From positions 6,632 to 70,631 of the IMG/VR virus record IMGVR_UViG_3300050821_006071: 64,000 bases of DNA; one strand, written 5' to 3'. Shown here piece by piece: positions 8,378 through 19,065 of this stretch; within the stretch, counting starts at the first letter, position 1, and the number at the start of each line of letters is the position of its first letter. Under the pieces are notes generated by a model. That model was not told the DNA's origin. It worked only from the letters and a program-made list of their open reading frames with translations, and made no database searches. Both the position numbers and the translations under genes were made by a program. The stretch is from a virus.

Positions 8378-9187
8378 ATGTACACATTGAAGAAGCTAGC
8401 CTCACGGACGGGAAACCTCGGCAAGCCGCTCCCGACGCCATGCGGGTTTGACTCGTGGTCGCTGTCGAGCGTCCAGTTCCGGCATGGGGCTACCTCGATG
8501 ATCGCTGGCAAGCCAGGGAGTTTCAAGAGCATTCTCGGGCTGAACATGGCCGCGTGGTGGGCAAGCCACGAAAAGCTGAGCGTGTTGTATTTCTCGGCCG
8601 ATAGCGACGAATTCACCGTGGGCCGCCGGCTGGCAGGGGTGATCACGGGTCATCTTCAGTCAACCGTCGAGGCCAACATGGAGAAAGACCCCCATTGCTA
8701 TGACCAGGCATTCAAGAGCCTCGGGGACATAGAATTCGTCTACGATCAGATGGACGCGGAAGGCGTAAAGGACTACATAGAGGCATTCGAGCTGATCTAT
8801 GGTGCCTACCCGGACGTGGTCTTCATAGACAACTTGATTGACTTCGCGGACAGCCCCGATGATTGGGCCGGCATGCTGCTGTTCATCCGGGCTATGGACG
8901 GCATAGCGCGCAAGACGAAGGCGCATGTCTGCATTCTGCACCACGCCAAGATACGGACGGACAACAAGCGGGACGGGTGGCCCCCAAGCGATTGGGAGAT
9001 AAGCGGGAAGGTAACGCAGCTATCCCGCATGGTCATCACCGTTGCCTCCGAGGGCCGCCACCTCTATTTCGCGCCCGTCAAGAACACCAACGGGCCGCAA
9101 GACGACAGTGCGCGCGTGCGCTACGGCTTCTTCGTAAAAGAGTCCCTGAGGATCAGGGACACAGGATACAGGGGGGTAGCGGAATGA
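8378..9187 (+). CDS. DnaB/RecA-family helicase-like ATPase
   Basis: Walker A AGKPGSFKS, Walker B VVFIDNL, ILHH, VKNTNGP. Confidence 0.85.
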   Translation: MYTLKKLASRTGNLGKPLPTPCGFDSWSLSSVQFRHGATSMIAGKPGSFKSILGLNMAAWWASHEKLSVLYFSADSDEFTVGRRLAGVITGHLQSTVEANMEKDPHCYDQAFKSLGDIEFVYDQMDAEGVKDYIEAFELIYGAYPDVVFIDNLIDFADSPDDWAGMLLFIRAMDGIARKTKAHVCILHHAKIRTDNKRDGWPPSDWEISGKVTQLSRMVITVASEGRHLYFAPVKNTNGPQDDSARVRYGFFVKESLRIRDTGYRGVAE

Positions 9188-9579
9188 GCACGGCGCTTTG
9201 GGTGCTGTTCCTTATCCTGGCGATAGCCGTGATCGGGGCAGTACGCCTATGCGGCATGGGAACGACACAACGATCGGAAACACCGATGAGTGACATGCTG
9301 ATGACGGATGAAGATCTAATCCTTCTAGGTGGCGTTGGCGGGCAAATGCTTTATGACATGATGACTGCGTGCGTGCTCGCAGACCTTGAAGAGCAAAATG
9401 GTTTGCCGGCTCGGATTAACGTTGAGGGTGCCAACGTCTTTGCTGACATAGCCGATGAGTTCAGCGATGCCCTTGAATGGCTGAGCACGCTGAGGTCGTT
9501 ATGCTGGCGCTTGTGCTTGACGGGGTCGCCTACCCACTTCGCTGGCAGGCAAGCCCGAATGACAGGCATGGCCTGGTGA
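9184..9579 (+). CDS. Hypothetical protein with N-terminal TM segment
   Basis: MSTALWVLFLILAIAVIGAV; ATGA overlap with the helicase. Confidence 0.45.
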   Translation: MSTALWVLFLILAIAVIGAVRLCGMGTTQRSETPMSDMLMTDEDLILLGGVGGQMLYDMMTACVLADLEEQNGLPARINVEGANVFADIADEFSDALEWLSTLRSLCWRLCLTGSPTHFAGRQARMTGMAW

Positions 9580-9836
9580 TGGTCAACCCCGATGACGGCA
9601 GCGTCATAGCCGAATTGGCTTGGAACACTTGGACAGGTTTGATAGCCACCGTGCGCATACGCCCGGAGTACCGTCCCGACTTCTGCCGTAAGGGCATAGC
9701 TACGGCGTTGCTTGGGGTTGCTCGCCATCGTTGCCCGTGGATTCGGCACAGCCCCGACCGTACGGCCGATGGCGACGCATGGGCACGCTCGCTACATGAG
9801 GAACTACCCGAGTTGGTTCCCGTGGCGTCGGCATGA
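9477..9836 (+). CDS. GNAT-fold acetyltransferase-like protein
   Basis: VRIRPEYR...RKGIATALL acetyl-CoA-binding motif and TADGDAWA. Confidence 0.6.
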   Translation: MAEHAEVVMLALVLDGVAYPLRWQASPNDRHGLVMVNPDDGSVIAELAWNTWTGLIATVRIRPEYRPDFCRKGIATALLGVARHRCPWIRHSPDRTADGDAWARSLHEELPELVPVASA

Positions 9837-10127
9837 AAGGGCAAGGACAATGATTGACTTTATAGCGCCATCGAGGCCAGGAACGGAAGACCGCATGAAG
9901 ATTCGCATTGAGGAACCTAACCCGTGTGTCAGGAAGTTGCGGCGGGACACCGTAGACGTTCGTTTTATCCGAGTCCTAGACGACGGTAATTCCCAGACTA
10001 CGATAATCAACCTCAGCATATCAGAGTTGGCCGACCTGAGCACAGCCGTTAACGAATGGTTCATGCGCAAGGGAGTAGAGCAACTGAAAGGCCAGCTGGC
10101 TAAGTTGGTTGAGATGCTAGGAGAAGC

Positions 10128-10946
10128 ATGACTCAGCCCAAGTTTAGCGAGTCAACGGAGTTCGGCCGCTACTACCGCAACCCCAATCGGCAGCAACTCT
10201 ACCCGTCCATAACAAACATCAAGAAGCTGAAGGCTATCGATGCCCTGCCAGGTTGGGCCGCTCGGGAGTGTGCCGACTACGCCATAGACCGTTGGCAGCA
10301 ACTGTCTGGGCTAGATCCTGTTGAGCGTCGGGCATTGATCAAGGGTTCCCCGTGGCGGGTTGACCCTGATAAGCCGTCGGCAAGCCAGATCGGGGATATC
10401 GTTCACGACTGGATAGACGGCTACGTTCGGGGAAGCACCATCAACCCCGAGACCTACCTAGACGCGCGAGGCGATGAGCACAAGTCACCGCTTCAGGCGA
10501 AACAGATGTGGCGTCAGTTCGGGGGGTGGGTAGAGCGGTACCACCCGAAGTTCTATGCCTCGGAATTTACGGTCTGGTCTGATACGCACGGGTACGCCGG
10601 AACTGCCGACCTCGGTGCGTGGATAGGCCAGGGGGCTAACGCGCCGTTGGTGCTGATTGACCACAAAACCGGCAACGGGGTTTACCCGGATACCGCTATG
10701 CAGTTGGCAGCCCTATCGCACGCTGACGTGATCTTGCAGGACGACGGAACGGAAACCCCCATTCCGCACTTCGACCGCTACGCAATCCTGCACATCCGCC
10801 CGAGATACACGCAGTTCGTTCCGGTCCAGCACGTAGAGGATTGGTTCCAAGCGTTCCTCGGGCTGAAGAAACTGTTTGACGTTGTGGTCGAGTGCGAGAG
10901 TTCTACTCTCGCAATGGCCCCGAAGGTAGAGGTAAGGGCATCATAA
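10128..10946 (+). CDS. PD-(D/E)XK (RecB/Cas4-like) exonuclease
   Basis: PSIT, GDIVH, YAGTAD, LIDHKTG, MQLAA motifs. Confidence 0.85.
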   Translation: MTQPKFSESTEFGRYYRNPNRQQLYPSITNIKKLKAIDALPGWAARECADYAIDRWQQLSGLDPVERRALIKGSPWRVDPDKPSASQIGDIVHDWIDGYVRGSTINPETYLDARGDEHKSPLQAKQMWRQFGGWVERYHPKFYASEFTVWSDTHGYAGTADLGAWIGQGANAPLVLIDHKTGNGVYPDTAMQLAALSHADVILQDDGTETPIPHFDRYAILHIRPRYTQFVPVQHVEDWFQAFLGLKKLFDVVVECESSTLAMAPKVEVRAS

Positions 10947-11408
10947 TTATGGACGCATCACAATACGCGCGGGTCTCTCAACACGGGCATGCGATTACTG
11001 TCCGAACCTCGGTTCACACCCCGTGGGATGATGCTCACGCGTGGCCCCTAGGCGAGGCTCAGGAATTGGCCGAGTACCTCCCAAAGCTTGTGCGCAAGGC
11101 GATGCATGACCTGCCCGAGGTTCGGGAACTCACCAAGGCCATAGGGGAGATTGATACCGACGCCCCTGTCTTGGTGTGGGAAGACTTGGCGTACGCATTG
11201 GTCCAACGGGGGTACCACAAGTGACTGACCAAGCCATCAAGCAAGCAGCGAGCAAGGTGGCCGACTTTGCGGAATACCTGTTTGAGGCTTTCGGCTTGAC
11301 TGTCCCCTCCGAGTTCACACAGAAGTTGGTCGAGACGGCCACCCCGGTCATCGTGGCGCAAGTCTTGTACGAAAGTGAATGGCTGTCAACAATGGAGCAT
11401 GTGTCCTT

Positions 11409-11864
11409 ATGGCCACGATCACAATCAGCATAGAGATTCCCGACGCTCTCATCGGCAACGTCAGCGTGAGCAAGGCAGGCGGCACCTCGCCGGCGATTCC
11501 GGCCCCGAGCGGCACCACGCCCGAGCCACCTCAGGATGACCCGTGGGGAACCCCGTGGCCCGACGCACCAGCCGATGACAGGAACGCCTCTGAGGCCCCT
11601 CCTAGGGCCGCACAGAGCGGCTCTAGCGGCAGTGGCCCCCGTAGGGGTGCGCCGGCCCGGAGTGGCGTGGTCACAGACGACAAGGGCCGAACTTGGACCT
11701 TCAACGCGCCCAACGCACCTGACTGCCAGTGCGGTGAGGCTTGCGTCCTGGTCAAGGGGCCGAAGGCCAACGGCAACGGCACCTACAGCCAATGGCGTTG
11801 CGCCAAGGATTTCGACGATTACAAGAACAAGTGCACGTTCGCGAAGTGGGTAGGGGGCAAGTAA
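11409..11864 (+). CDS. Pro-rich protein with C-terminal GRF-like Zn finger (nucleic-acid binding)
   Basis: APDCQCGEACVLVKG...WRC...KCTFAKW after a low-complexity linker. Confidence 0.6.
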   Translation: MATITISIEIPDALIGNVSVSKAGGTSPAIPAPSGTTPEPPQDDPWGTPWPDAPADDRNASEAPPRAAQSGSSGSGPRRGAPARSGVVTDDKGRTWTFNAPNAPDCQCGEACVLVKGPKANGNGTYSQWRCAKDFDDYKNKCTFAKWVGGK

Positions 11865-12037
11865 GGATGACCCTCGGGATACTGCTGATCGTGGCTGCCG
11901 CCATCAATGAGATTGCAATGCTAATGTCCCTAGCCGACCACGCGTTGCCACCCGCCGGCAGGGTTGTCGTTGCCATCGTGTGGAGCTTCATCGTCGTGGT
12001 TACAGTCCTCGGTGGGCTGGCCCTGGTGTAGGCCTCG

Positions 12038-12454
12038 ATGGCGAGCCAACACAAGGTCTGCCCCGATTGCGGCAAGCCTCTGAGCGTTCAGCGGGCTAGC
12101 CAGCGTAAGAAGCGCTGCTACCGGTGTGAGAGGGCCGCCATACGGCAACAGGCACGAGCGGCCCACGATCATCGGGTGGAACAGCTCTACGGGCTGCGGC
12201 CCGGAGAGTACCGCTTGCTGCTGGCAGCCCAAGGCGGCCATTGCGCCATCAAGGGCTGCCCGGCCAGGGGAATCGCCAAGGCACTCGCCGTTGACCACGA
12301 CCACAAGCTAGGGTTGCACAACCGCAAGGCCGTTCGCGGCCTAACATGCGCGCTCCACAATGGCTGGATCGGGAAAGCCGGCGACAACCCCGAGGTATTC
12401 GAATCGCTAGCGCGGTACCTACGCGAACCACCAGCCCAAGAGGTTCTGACATGA
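12038..12454 (+). CDS. Endonuclease VII (Holliday junction resolvase)
   Basis: YGL...QGGHCAI..C...LAVDHDH...VRGLTC..HN. Confidence 0.9.
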   Translation: MASQHKVCPDCGKPLSVQRASQRKKRCYRCERAAIRQQARAAHDHRVEQLYGLRPGEYRLLLAAQGGHCAIKGCPARGIAKALAVDHDHKLGLHNRKAVRGLTCALHNGWIGKAGDNPEVFESLARYLREPPAQEVLT

Positions 12455-13220
12455 CCACGAGCGAACCAATCCTGATCGGCCCACTCCTGCCCACCACCAC
12501 GGGCAGGAAGGGCCGCAAGACACAGCAAAAGCAAAATGAGGCCATCGGCAGGCTAGTCCGCACGCTAGCCGACCAGGGCTTTGATTTTGTCTACGCCCAA
12601 GGCCTGGCCTTCCCCGACAGCATGAGAGAGTGGTGACCATGGCATTGCCCGAGGTCACAGAGGTTGACCCTGATGAGCCGCAAGGCTTTATGGTGCCGCC
12701 AGGTTTTGCAGAGGATTTGAAGGCACAGATTGCACTGCTCCATGACGTGCCCTTGTGGCTTCTAGGCGAGGGTGAGCCACCCGAGCCGGTACACGTTCCG
12801 TGGTGGCGTCGCCTACTCCGTTGGGGTAGCGACGCAAGGCTATGGCTCGCCTGTTGGGCATTCTGCCTTATCGCCGGCTACAAGGTACCCGATGACCACG
12901 AGTGAGGAATTCCGGCTCATTCCGGTCAGCGAGTGGACTGATGATGAATGGCTACGAATCTTGCAAGAGTTCCCACCTGACACTCACAGCATTGAAGTAG
13001 CCGAGGCTGTTTATCGTTGGAGGCATGCCGACAATGGGCTTGAATGACGAACTCGAAAAGATCAGGCAGGCAGAGGCATGGCTGCTGAAAGAGCCACCAG
13101 GCTCTCAGTTGTACAACGCCGCAAAGGATCACCTTTTCACCGTGGCCATGTGGGGTGACACCGAATCTGTCAGGAAAGCGGCAACCGAGGCCATAGCCCG
13201 TTGGGCTGACAGGTGCTCGC

Positions 13221-13556
13221 ATGCCAACTTACACGTTTCGCTGTCGTGAGTGCGATTGCAGCAAAGATTACTTTGTGCCGATGGCCCAGGCCGGCTCGGT
13301 GCCTGTTTGCGCTGTCTGTGGTCGGCCGATGCACAAGGTCATGACAGCGCCCGGAGTGATATTCAAAGGCTCGGGATGGGCCTGCAAGCCAGAGGATGGG
13401 AAGGGCAATGAACCTGAGAAAGTACATCGAGTACCGTCGGGCGGAACTGACAGCGGAACGGGACCGGATAGCAGGCCAGAGCCAGGCGGGCATATCGATG
13501 GGCGGGCTGATGGCCCACGACAACAGGGCGAAGATCGTCGATCTGCTGTTGACTGA
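13221..13556 (+). CDS. FmdB-family zinc-ribbon protein
   Basis: MPTYTFRCREC...CAVCG...VIFKGSGW; the tail overlaps the next gene. Confidence 0.8.
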   Translation: MPTYTFRCRECDCSKDYFVPMAQAGSVPVCAVCGRPMHKVMTAPGVIFKGSGWACKPEDGKGNEPEKVHRVPSGGTDSGTGPDSRPEPGGHIDGRADGPRQQGEDRRSAVD

Positions 13557-14044
13557 ACTCGACCTAATACTCAAATGGATCGAGGCCGGCGAGCCAGCCT
13601 TTATCCCACCGTTGACGGCAGAGGAACAGCGCTTCTGGCGGAACGCGCTAGATCGTGGCTTGGCGATACCCGAGGAAATCCGGGATCTGCTGTGAGCAGA
13701 AAGCACGTGAAAGGGGACACCGGATTCTTTGCCGGCATGTGGCAGTACTTTGCGCCAGCGGGGTGGGCGACTCAGTGGTACTGGGAAGGCTCACACGGCA
13801 AGGTCTGGAATTTCTTTCACGGGAAGGGCTGGCGCGTAGGATGACGGGCAATGAGGTACCGCTTAAGCGCAAATACCTGCTGTACAAGCCGGCCAGGAAC
13901 AACCGCAACGGGCACTCGGAAAACGCTGGGGTCAAGGTGCTGCACAAGCCCTTGACGGAGCGAGAGAAGGCGTTGCACGCGGCACAGCCCCGCAAGGTCA
14001 TGATCTTGGGTGCCAACGGCAGGACCCGAATGGAGCTGGCCTGA

Positions 14045-14347
14045 ATGGTCGTGCTCGTGGTTCTCGCGTCGCTGGCCGCTGTCGGCTCGATGATCTTCAA
14101 TGGCATAACGGCTTACTGGCACCATTGCGACCGCAAGGAACACCGCGCGGACATGGCTCGGCTTACGGCCGACGAAAAGCGGCTGACTGATGACGAGTCA
14201 AGGCTTACGGCCGACGAAAAGCGGCTAGAGGATGACGAACTGATTGGCGGTCTCGTGAGGTTGCCTGATGGAACTATCCATCTCTCATGTCCTGAATCAC
14301 TACGGCGCTATGTTCAGCGTGCCCCTAACGGGATGGCACAGCATTAG
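14045..14347 (+). CDS. Membrane-anchored protein with heptad repeats
   Basis: N-terminal TM segment then RLTADEK-RLTDDES-RLTADEK-RLEDDE. Confidence 0.6.
   Translation: MVVLVVLASLAAVGSMIFNGITAYWHHCDRKEHRADMARLTADEKRLTDDESRLTADEKRLEDDELIGGLVRLPDGTIHLSCPESLRRYVQRAPNGMAQH
14160..14226 (+). repeat. 25-bp direct repeat with 42-bp period
   Basis: GGCTTACGGCCGACGAAAAGCGGCT at 14160-14184 and 14202-14226. Confidence 0.9.
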
Positions 14348-14627
14348 GTGCCCGTTCCACGCAGACCGCACGGCAAGCGGCAGGGTCAACCTCGCCCTCG
14401 GGGCGTACAAGTGCCTGGCTTGCGACGTGTCGGCCGGTAGTGCTCTCGGATTGGTGATGAGGATTGAGAACCTAGATCGAGTGGCGGCACGTGAGTACAT
14501 CACGAAGGAAATTGGACCGTATAGCAGCGAGGTACCATCGCCAACTCATACAGCCACCACCGGGCGTGGAAAGCGCAACAGAGATGGTTGGAAACGCAAG
14601 GCGGTACCTCGAAGAGCATGGGATTAA
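14268..14627 (+). CDS. DNA primase, CHC2 zinc-binding part
   Basis: CPFHADRTAS...YKCLAC. Confidence 0.85.
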   Translation: MELSISHVLNHYGAMFSVPLTGWHSIRCPFHADRTASGRVNLALGAYKCLACDVSAGSALGLVMRIENLDRVAAREYITKEIGPYSSEVPSPTHTATTGRGKRNRDGWKRKAVPRRAWD

Positions 14628-15180
14628 CGATAAAGGGATCGTTGAGAAGTACAGGCTCGGCATCGTGGCTGACCCGCTGTCGGGCGATGAGAGGTTCACG
14701 GGAATGCTTGTAATCCCGTACCTCTCTCAGCGTGGCGGGGTGAAAAGCGTCAAGTTCCGCCGGCTGAGCGGCGAGGGGCCGAAGATGTCCCAGTACCAAG
14801 GCCAGGACGCGCGGCTCTACAACACGGACGCCTGGTTTCTCGAAGACATCCGGATCGGGCTGACCGAGGGCGAGATTGACGCCATATGCGCCACGGAATG
14901 CCTCGGACTGCCGAGCATGGCGGTACCCGGCTCAGAGATGTGGGCGGCACACGAACGCGTGTGGCGCCGGTGCTTCAAGGATTTTCAGGCGGTGTTCGTG
15001 CTCTGTGATGGCGATCAGCCGGGAAGGAACCTGGGGCGGCAGGTGGCAAGCACCCTCGGTTGGCGGGCGAATGTCGTTGACTTGCCCGATGGCGAGGATG
15101 TTTCGAGCATGGTCGCCTCGGGGCGAGCGGATTGGTTCAAGGGCAAGCTGAGCTTGGACACAGAAGATGAGGATGAATGA
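14491..15180 (+). CDS. DNA primase, TOPRIM catalytic part
   Basis: LVIPY, KFRRL, TEGEIDA, CDGDQPG, DGEDV. Confidence 0.85.
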   Translation: MSTSRRKLDRIAARYHRQLIQPPPGVESATEMVGNARRYLEEHGINDKGIVEKYRLGIVADPLSGDERFTGMLVIPYLSQRGGVKSVKFRRLSGEGPKMSQYQGQDARLYNTDAWFLEDIRIGLTEGEIDAICATECLGLPSMAVPGSEMWAAHERVWRRCFKDFQAVFVLCDGDQPGRNLGRQVASTLGWRANVVDLPDGEDVSSMVASGRADWFKGKLSLDTEDEDE

Positions 15181-15917
15181 CTGTACTACGCCCGTTCTTT
15201 TCTTTCTACGGTAGCAAGTGGCGGCTAGCCCCTAAGTACCCAGCGCCACGATATGACACCATCATAGAGCCGTTCGCGGGCAGCGCGGGATATTCGCTGC
15301 ACTACCCCGAGCGGCAGGTGATCCTAGTCGAGAAAGACCCAATCATCGCCGCTATATGGCGTTGGCTTATAGCCGCCCACCCCGACGACATACTATCGCT
15401 GCCTTGCGATTTGGTACGCGGCGATACCCTAGCAAATTACGACATGCCGCAAGAGGCACGGTGGCTTATGGGGTTTTGGGTTGGACATGCTAGGTGTTCA
15501 CCCGCGAAGACTGTTACAAAGTTTGGCGACGACCCCGATGAAGGTTCTTATTTTTCGCGCTTCCCGGTAAGATGCGCCGAGCAACTTAAGTACATTAGCC
15601 ATTGGACGATAATTGAAGGTGACTATTCCTTTAATGCCCCAGATGTTTGCGCCACGTGGTTTATCGACCCGCCTTACCAAGTCGCCGGAAAGCATTACCA
15701 CAATGGGGCATCACAAATCAACTACGACACATTGTCTGCGTGGTGTCGAAAGCGTAAGGGCCAAGCAATGGTGTGCGAAAACAGTGGGGCTAACTGGCTG
15801 CCATTTGAGTATTTTTCAGAAGTGAAAAATGTAACCTATGGTGGTGAACGGAAGGTGAGCGCAGAAGTTGTCTGGCTAAATGATGCGGCCTTGTCGGATC
15901 GCGCGAAGGTGGCTTAA
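15177..15917 (+). CDS. DNA N6-adenine methyltransferase (D12/Dam-like)
   Basis: FYGSK, EPFAGSA, FIDPPY. Confidence 0.85.
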   Translation: MTVLRPFFSFYGSKWRLAPKYPAPRYDTIIEPFAGSAGYSLHYPERQVILVEKDPIIAAIWRWLIAAHPDDILSLPCDLVRGDTLANYDMPQEARWLMGFWVGHARCSPAKTVTKFGDDPDEGSYFSRFPVRCAEQLKYISHWTIIEGDYSFNAPDVCATWFIDPPYQVAGKHYHNGASQINYDTLSAWCRKRKGQAMVCENSGANWLPFEYFSEVKNVTYGGERKVSAEVVWLNDAALSDRAKVA

Positions 15918-16673
15918 ATGAAGATACTCTCACTAGATGTTGAGACCTCGCCCAACCTGGCCTACGTGTGGCGGTTGTTCCATATCGATAGCCTCACCAA
16001 CGACAAGATACTCCGGGCAAGCCAGATGATTTGCTTCGCCGCTAAGTGGATAGAGGCGGAATCGGCCGACACGGAGACGATGTTCTTTTCTGACTTCACC
16101 GATGGCCATCAATCGATGCTAGAGCGGCTCTTTGATCTGCTAGACCAAACGGACGTTTTGGTTCACTACAACGGGCTGACATTTGACGAGCCGCAATGCA
16201 ACCGCGAGTTGATCACCAATGGATTCAACCCGCCGGCCCCTTACAAGCGGGTAGACCTCTACCGGACTATTCGGTCTAAGTTCGCCTTCCCGAGCGGCAA
16301 GCTTGATTTCGTCTGCCAAGAACTGGGCATCGGCAAGAAAGCGGAGCATGAGGGTTTCGAGCTTTGGAAGGGCTGCATGGCTAACAACCCTGACGCTTGG
16401 GCCACGATGGAAGCCTATAATCGGCAGGATGCCGTTTTGAATGAAGAGCTTTACCGCGTCTTGCTGCCATGGATTCCGGGGCTGCCGTCGTACGGGGCCG
16501 ACCTCGGCCAGGACGTGTGTCCCGCGTGCGGCTCGGATGACCTCTCGCCGCAAGGCTACGCGCTGACAAAGACAGGCAGGTACCAACGGTACTTGTGCCG
16601 TCGTTGCCACACTTGGAGCCGCGCCAGCCGTCGGGAATCCTTCACGCGCATTGTTCAGGCATCGTCATCGTGA
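15918..16673 (+). CDS. DnaQ/RNase H-like exonuclease with C-terminal Zn ribbon
   Basis: LDVET, HYNGLTFD, YNRQD, CPACG...CRRC. Confidence 0.85.
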   Translation: MKILSLDVETSPNLAYVWRLFHIDSLTNDKILRASQMICFAAKWIEAESADTETMFFSDFTDGHQSMLERLFDLLDQTDVLVHYNGLTFDEPQCNRELITNGFNPPAPYKRVDLYRTIRSKFAFPSGKLDFVCQELGIGKKAEHEGFELWKGCMANNPDAWATMEAYNRQDAVLNEELYRVLLPWIPGLPSYGADLGQDVCPACGSDDLSPQGYALTKTGRYQRYLCRRCHTWSRASRRESFTRIVQASSS

Positions 16674-17138
16674 GCACGGTTATCGTGAGGACGAAAGACC
16701 TTGAATACTTGGTCGAGGACTTGACCGCAAGCACCGCGCCAGAGGTGGCCAAGGCCCTGAATGACATGTGGGCCGCCGGCTACGCGCTGCTGACCATCTC
16801 ACGACACCAAATCTGGGGTACCGATCGTGACCGATCTTTCTACATCTTCAAGAGGAAGACAGGCAGGCCTACAGTCAAGTGACCAAGAAAGTGCTCTTCC
16901 TTGACGGGCCGCTAAAGGGAGAAATTTTGGCGGTAGATGTAAGTCATCAAGCCGTCTCGGTGGCAGAGGATTTCGTCAATGGAGGTTCAAGGATTTTGAC
17001 GTTCTTTATTCGCAAGATCGCCATCTTTAACCGTGTGCTCTACGTGGCCGCTGCTACGGAAGACCAAGACACGCTAGATGCTCTGGCTTGGGACTTGCTG
17101 ACATCCGACTTGGCTAAAGAGATCCAAGCGGCCAGCCC

Positions 17139-17555
17139 GTGAGGATCTTGGTAACAGGCTCCCGAGACTGGACGGACGCCCGAACCCTAGAACGTGCCCT
17201 AGACGGGGCTGTAAGGGGCCTGCCAGCGGATGAACTGGTCATCTTGGTGCACGGGGGCAACCCTCACGGTGCAGACGCTCTAGCGCACGCTGAGGGGCTA
17301 GAGCGAGGGTGGGTCATCGAGGTACACGAAGCACTGTGGACGGTTTACAACCTCGCTGCCGGCGCCGTGCGGAACCAAGAGATGGTCAACACCAAACCTG
17401 ACGTGTGCGTGGCCTTTATCCGGCCCTGCCGTAGGGCGGGTGCATGCAAGGACGCGAACGGCCGAGCGAAGCCCAAGCCTCACGACTCGCACGGTACGGC
17501 CGATTGCATCGAGCGAGCAAAGGCGGCAGGCATAGATGTTAGGGAGTACAGATGA
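17139..17555 (+). CDS. SLOG-family (DUF2493/YspA-like) protein
   Basis: RILVTGSRDW, LVHGG..GAD, AGAVRNQEMV, SHGTADC. Confidence 0.8.
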   Translation: MRILVTGSRDWTDARTLERALDGAVRGLPADELVILVHGGNPHGADALAHAEGLERGWVIEVHEALWTVYNLAAGAVRNQEMVNTKPDVCVAFIRPCRRAGACKDANGRAKPKPHDSHGTADCIERAKAAGIDVREYR

Positions 17556-18109
17556 TCAAGGAAGGCACGGGTGGCAGGATCTACCCGTGGCCCGATAGGC
17601 GTCAGCTAGAAGGATTGCTGTCAACAAACAAATTCACTATCAGGCTTGGCGGGTACCGCTGTGCCAATCCCCGTTGTGAACGGGTCTTTAACCCTCGGGC
17701 AGAGGGAGACCTGTACTGCTCTGAATCCTGCGACTTGGACGCGAACCCTAACTTGAAGGCGCATACACCGATGATCGATCATTTCACGCACGTTCTCTCT
17801 GTCGTCAAGGAAGAGCTGGCCAAGGTGTCACTTGCCAACGGCGTAGACAAGTCGCTTGTTGGCTTTGTCGTCTCGGCTCTCGGCCCGACGCCAATCCAGA
17901 CGCCTGGCGGGGCGGCCATGATTAACGGCGCATGGCTTGTTACCGTCACGCTGCGGACGGAGCTTATCGGGCAGCCCCCGATTCCCGCACCCGTGATCAT
18001 TCCGGGGCCTATGCCCGATGACGCTGATTTCAGGGGTGCCGTCGGCATGGCCGTGAAGGCGTGCGTCGAGGCCCGAGACAAGTTGATGCGCGGTGAGATC
18101 CCAGCATGA
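17552..18109 (+). CDS. Hypothetical protein with Zn finger
   Basis: CANPRC...YCSESC; translationally coupled on both sides. Confidence 0.55.
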   Translation: MIKEGTGGRIYPWPDRRQLEGLLSTNKFTIRLGGYRCANPRCERVFNPRAEGDLYCSESCDLDANPNLKAHTPMIDHFTHVLSVVKEELAKVSLANGVDKSLVGFVVSALGPTPIQTPGGAAMINGAWLVTVTLRTELIGQPPIPAPVIIPGPMPDDADFRGAVGMAVKACVEARDKLMRGEIPA

Positions 18110-18774
18110 CCACCTATTACCTAAGCGGCCCGATGCGGTCAAAACCGCAATACAACTTCCCCGCGTTCCATGCGGTGGAAAAAGCCCTCTGGGGACACTT
18201 GGGCATGGGCAATCATAAGATCCTGAACCCTGCCGATGACTTCAATGGCGACCCAAGCCACCCTGTCACGGAATACATGAAGGTTGACCTAGCCCAAGTG
18301 CTAGAGGCCGATTGCATCGTGTTGCTGCCAGGGTGGGAATCCTCCGAGGGGGCAAACCGGGAAGTTCAGGTGGCGCTGTGGACTGGTGCGCGGTTCATGA
18401 CGGCAAGCGAAAGCGTCGGCTCTGATGACATACTCTATTGGTACTTTGAGCCGATCGAACCGCCGGCTCTCAGCAACTCGGTTCGTGGTGGCGCACTCGA
18501 TGAGGCCAAGGGCCTGATCACGGGTGACCGCAACAACTCATACGGGCCGCCTTGGCAGGATTTCTCACGCACGGCCGAGGCCCTTAACGCCTACGGCTAC
18601 CGAGGCCCCGACGGCAGGAAACTGGAAAGCCACGATATAGCAATCCTGATCATGGCTGTAAAGATGTCTCGGCTCATGTGGACACCGACCAAGCGTGACT
18701 CGTGGGTTGACATAGCGGGGTACGCGGGTTGCGGGCTTGAGTGCGCGCTACACGATGCGGGCATCAAGTCATGA
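18106..18774 (+). CDS. DUF4406 (deoxyribosyltransferase-like) fused to a DUF6378-like domain
   Basis: N-terminal YLSGPM..YNFPAF..LNPA..LPGWESSEGA..E; C-terminal GDRNNSYG..KMSR..DSWVDIAGYAGC. Confidence 0.7.
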   Translation: MTTYYLSGPMRSKPQYNFPAFHAVEKALWGHLGMGNHKILNPADDFNGDPSHPVTEYMKVDLAQVLEADCIVLLPGWESSEGANREVQVALWTGARFMTASESVGSDDILYWYFEPIEPPALSNSVRGGALDEAKGLITGDRNNSYGPPWQDFSRTAEALNAYGYRGPDGRKLESHDIAILIMAVKMSRLMWTPTKRDSWVDIAGYAGCGLECALHDAGIKS

Positions 18775-19065
18775 GCGACACAACCCTAGAGCTGGAATCG
18801 CCGATGTTCTCATGTGGTGCCTGCCATTTCGGTACGTGCATTGCTGGTGAGTGGTCGATTGAGGAAGGGCGGTTGGTATTCAGGGCTAGCCCAGACCCTC
18901 AGCAACGTCGGGGACCTGATTTGGATGGGTGTTGTGAGGGTTACGCTTGCGGCCACTTCACCAAGATAGTTGCCGACACAGACCAGGTTTTTGAGGGTGA
19001 ACAGCTAGAGCAACTGCGGAGTACCGCTCACGCTTGGGTTGACTCGCAGGATTGGAGCGTGTGAC

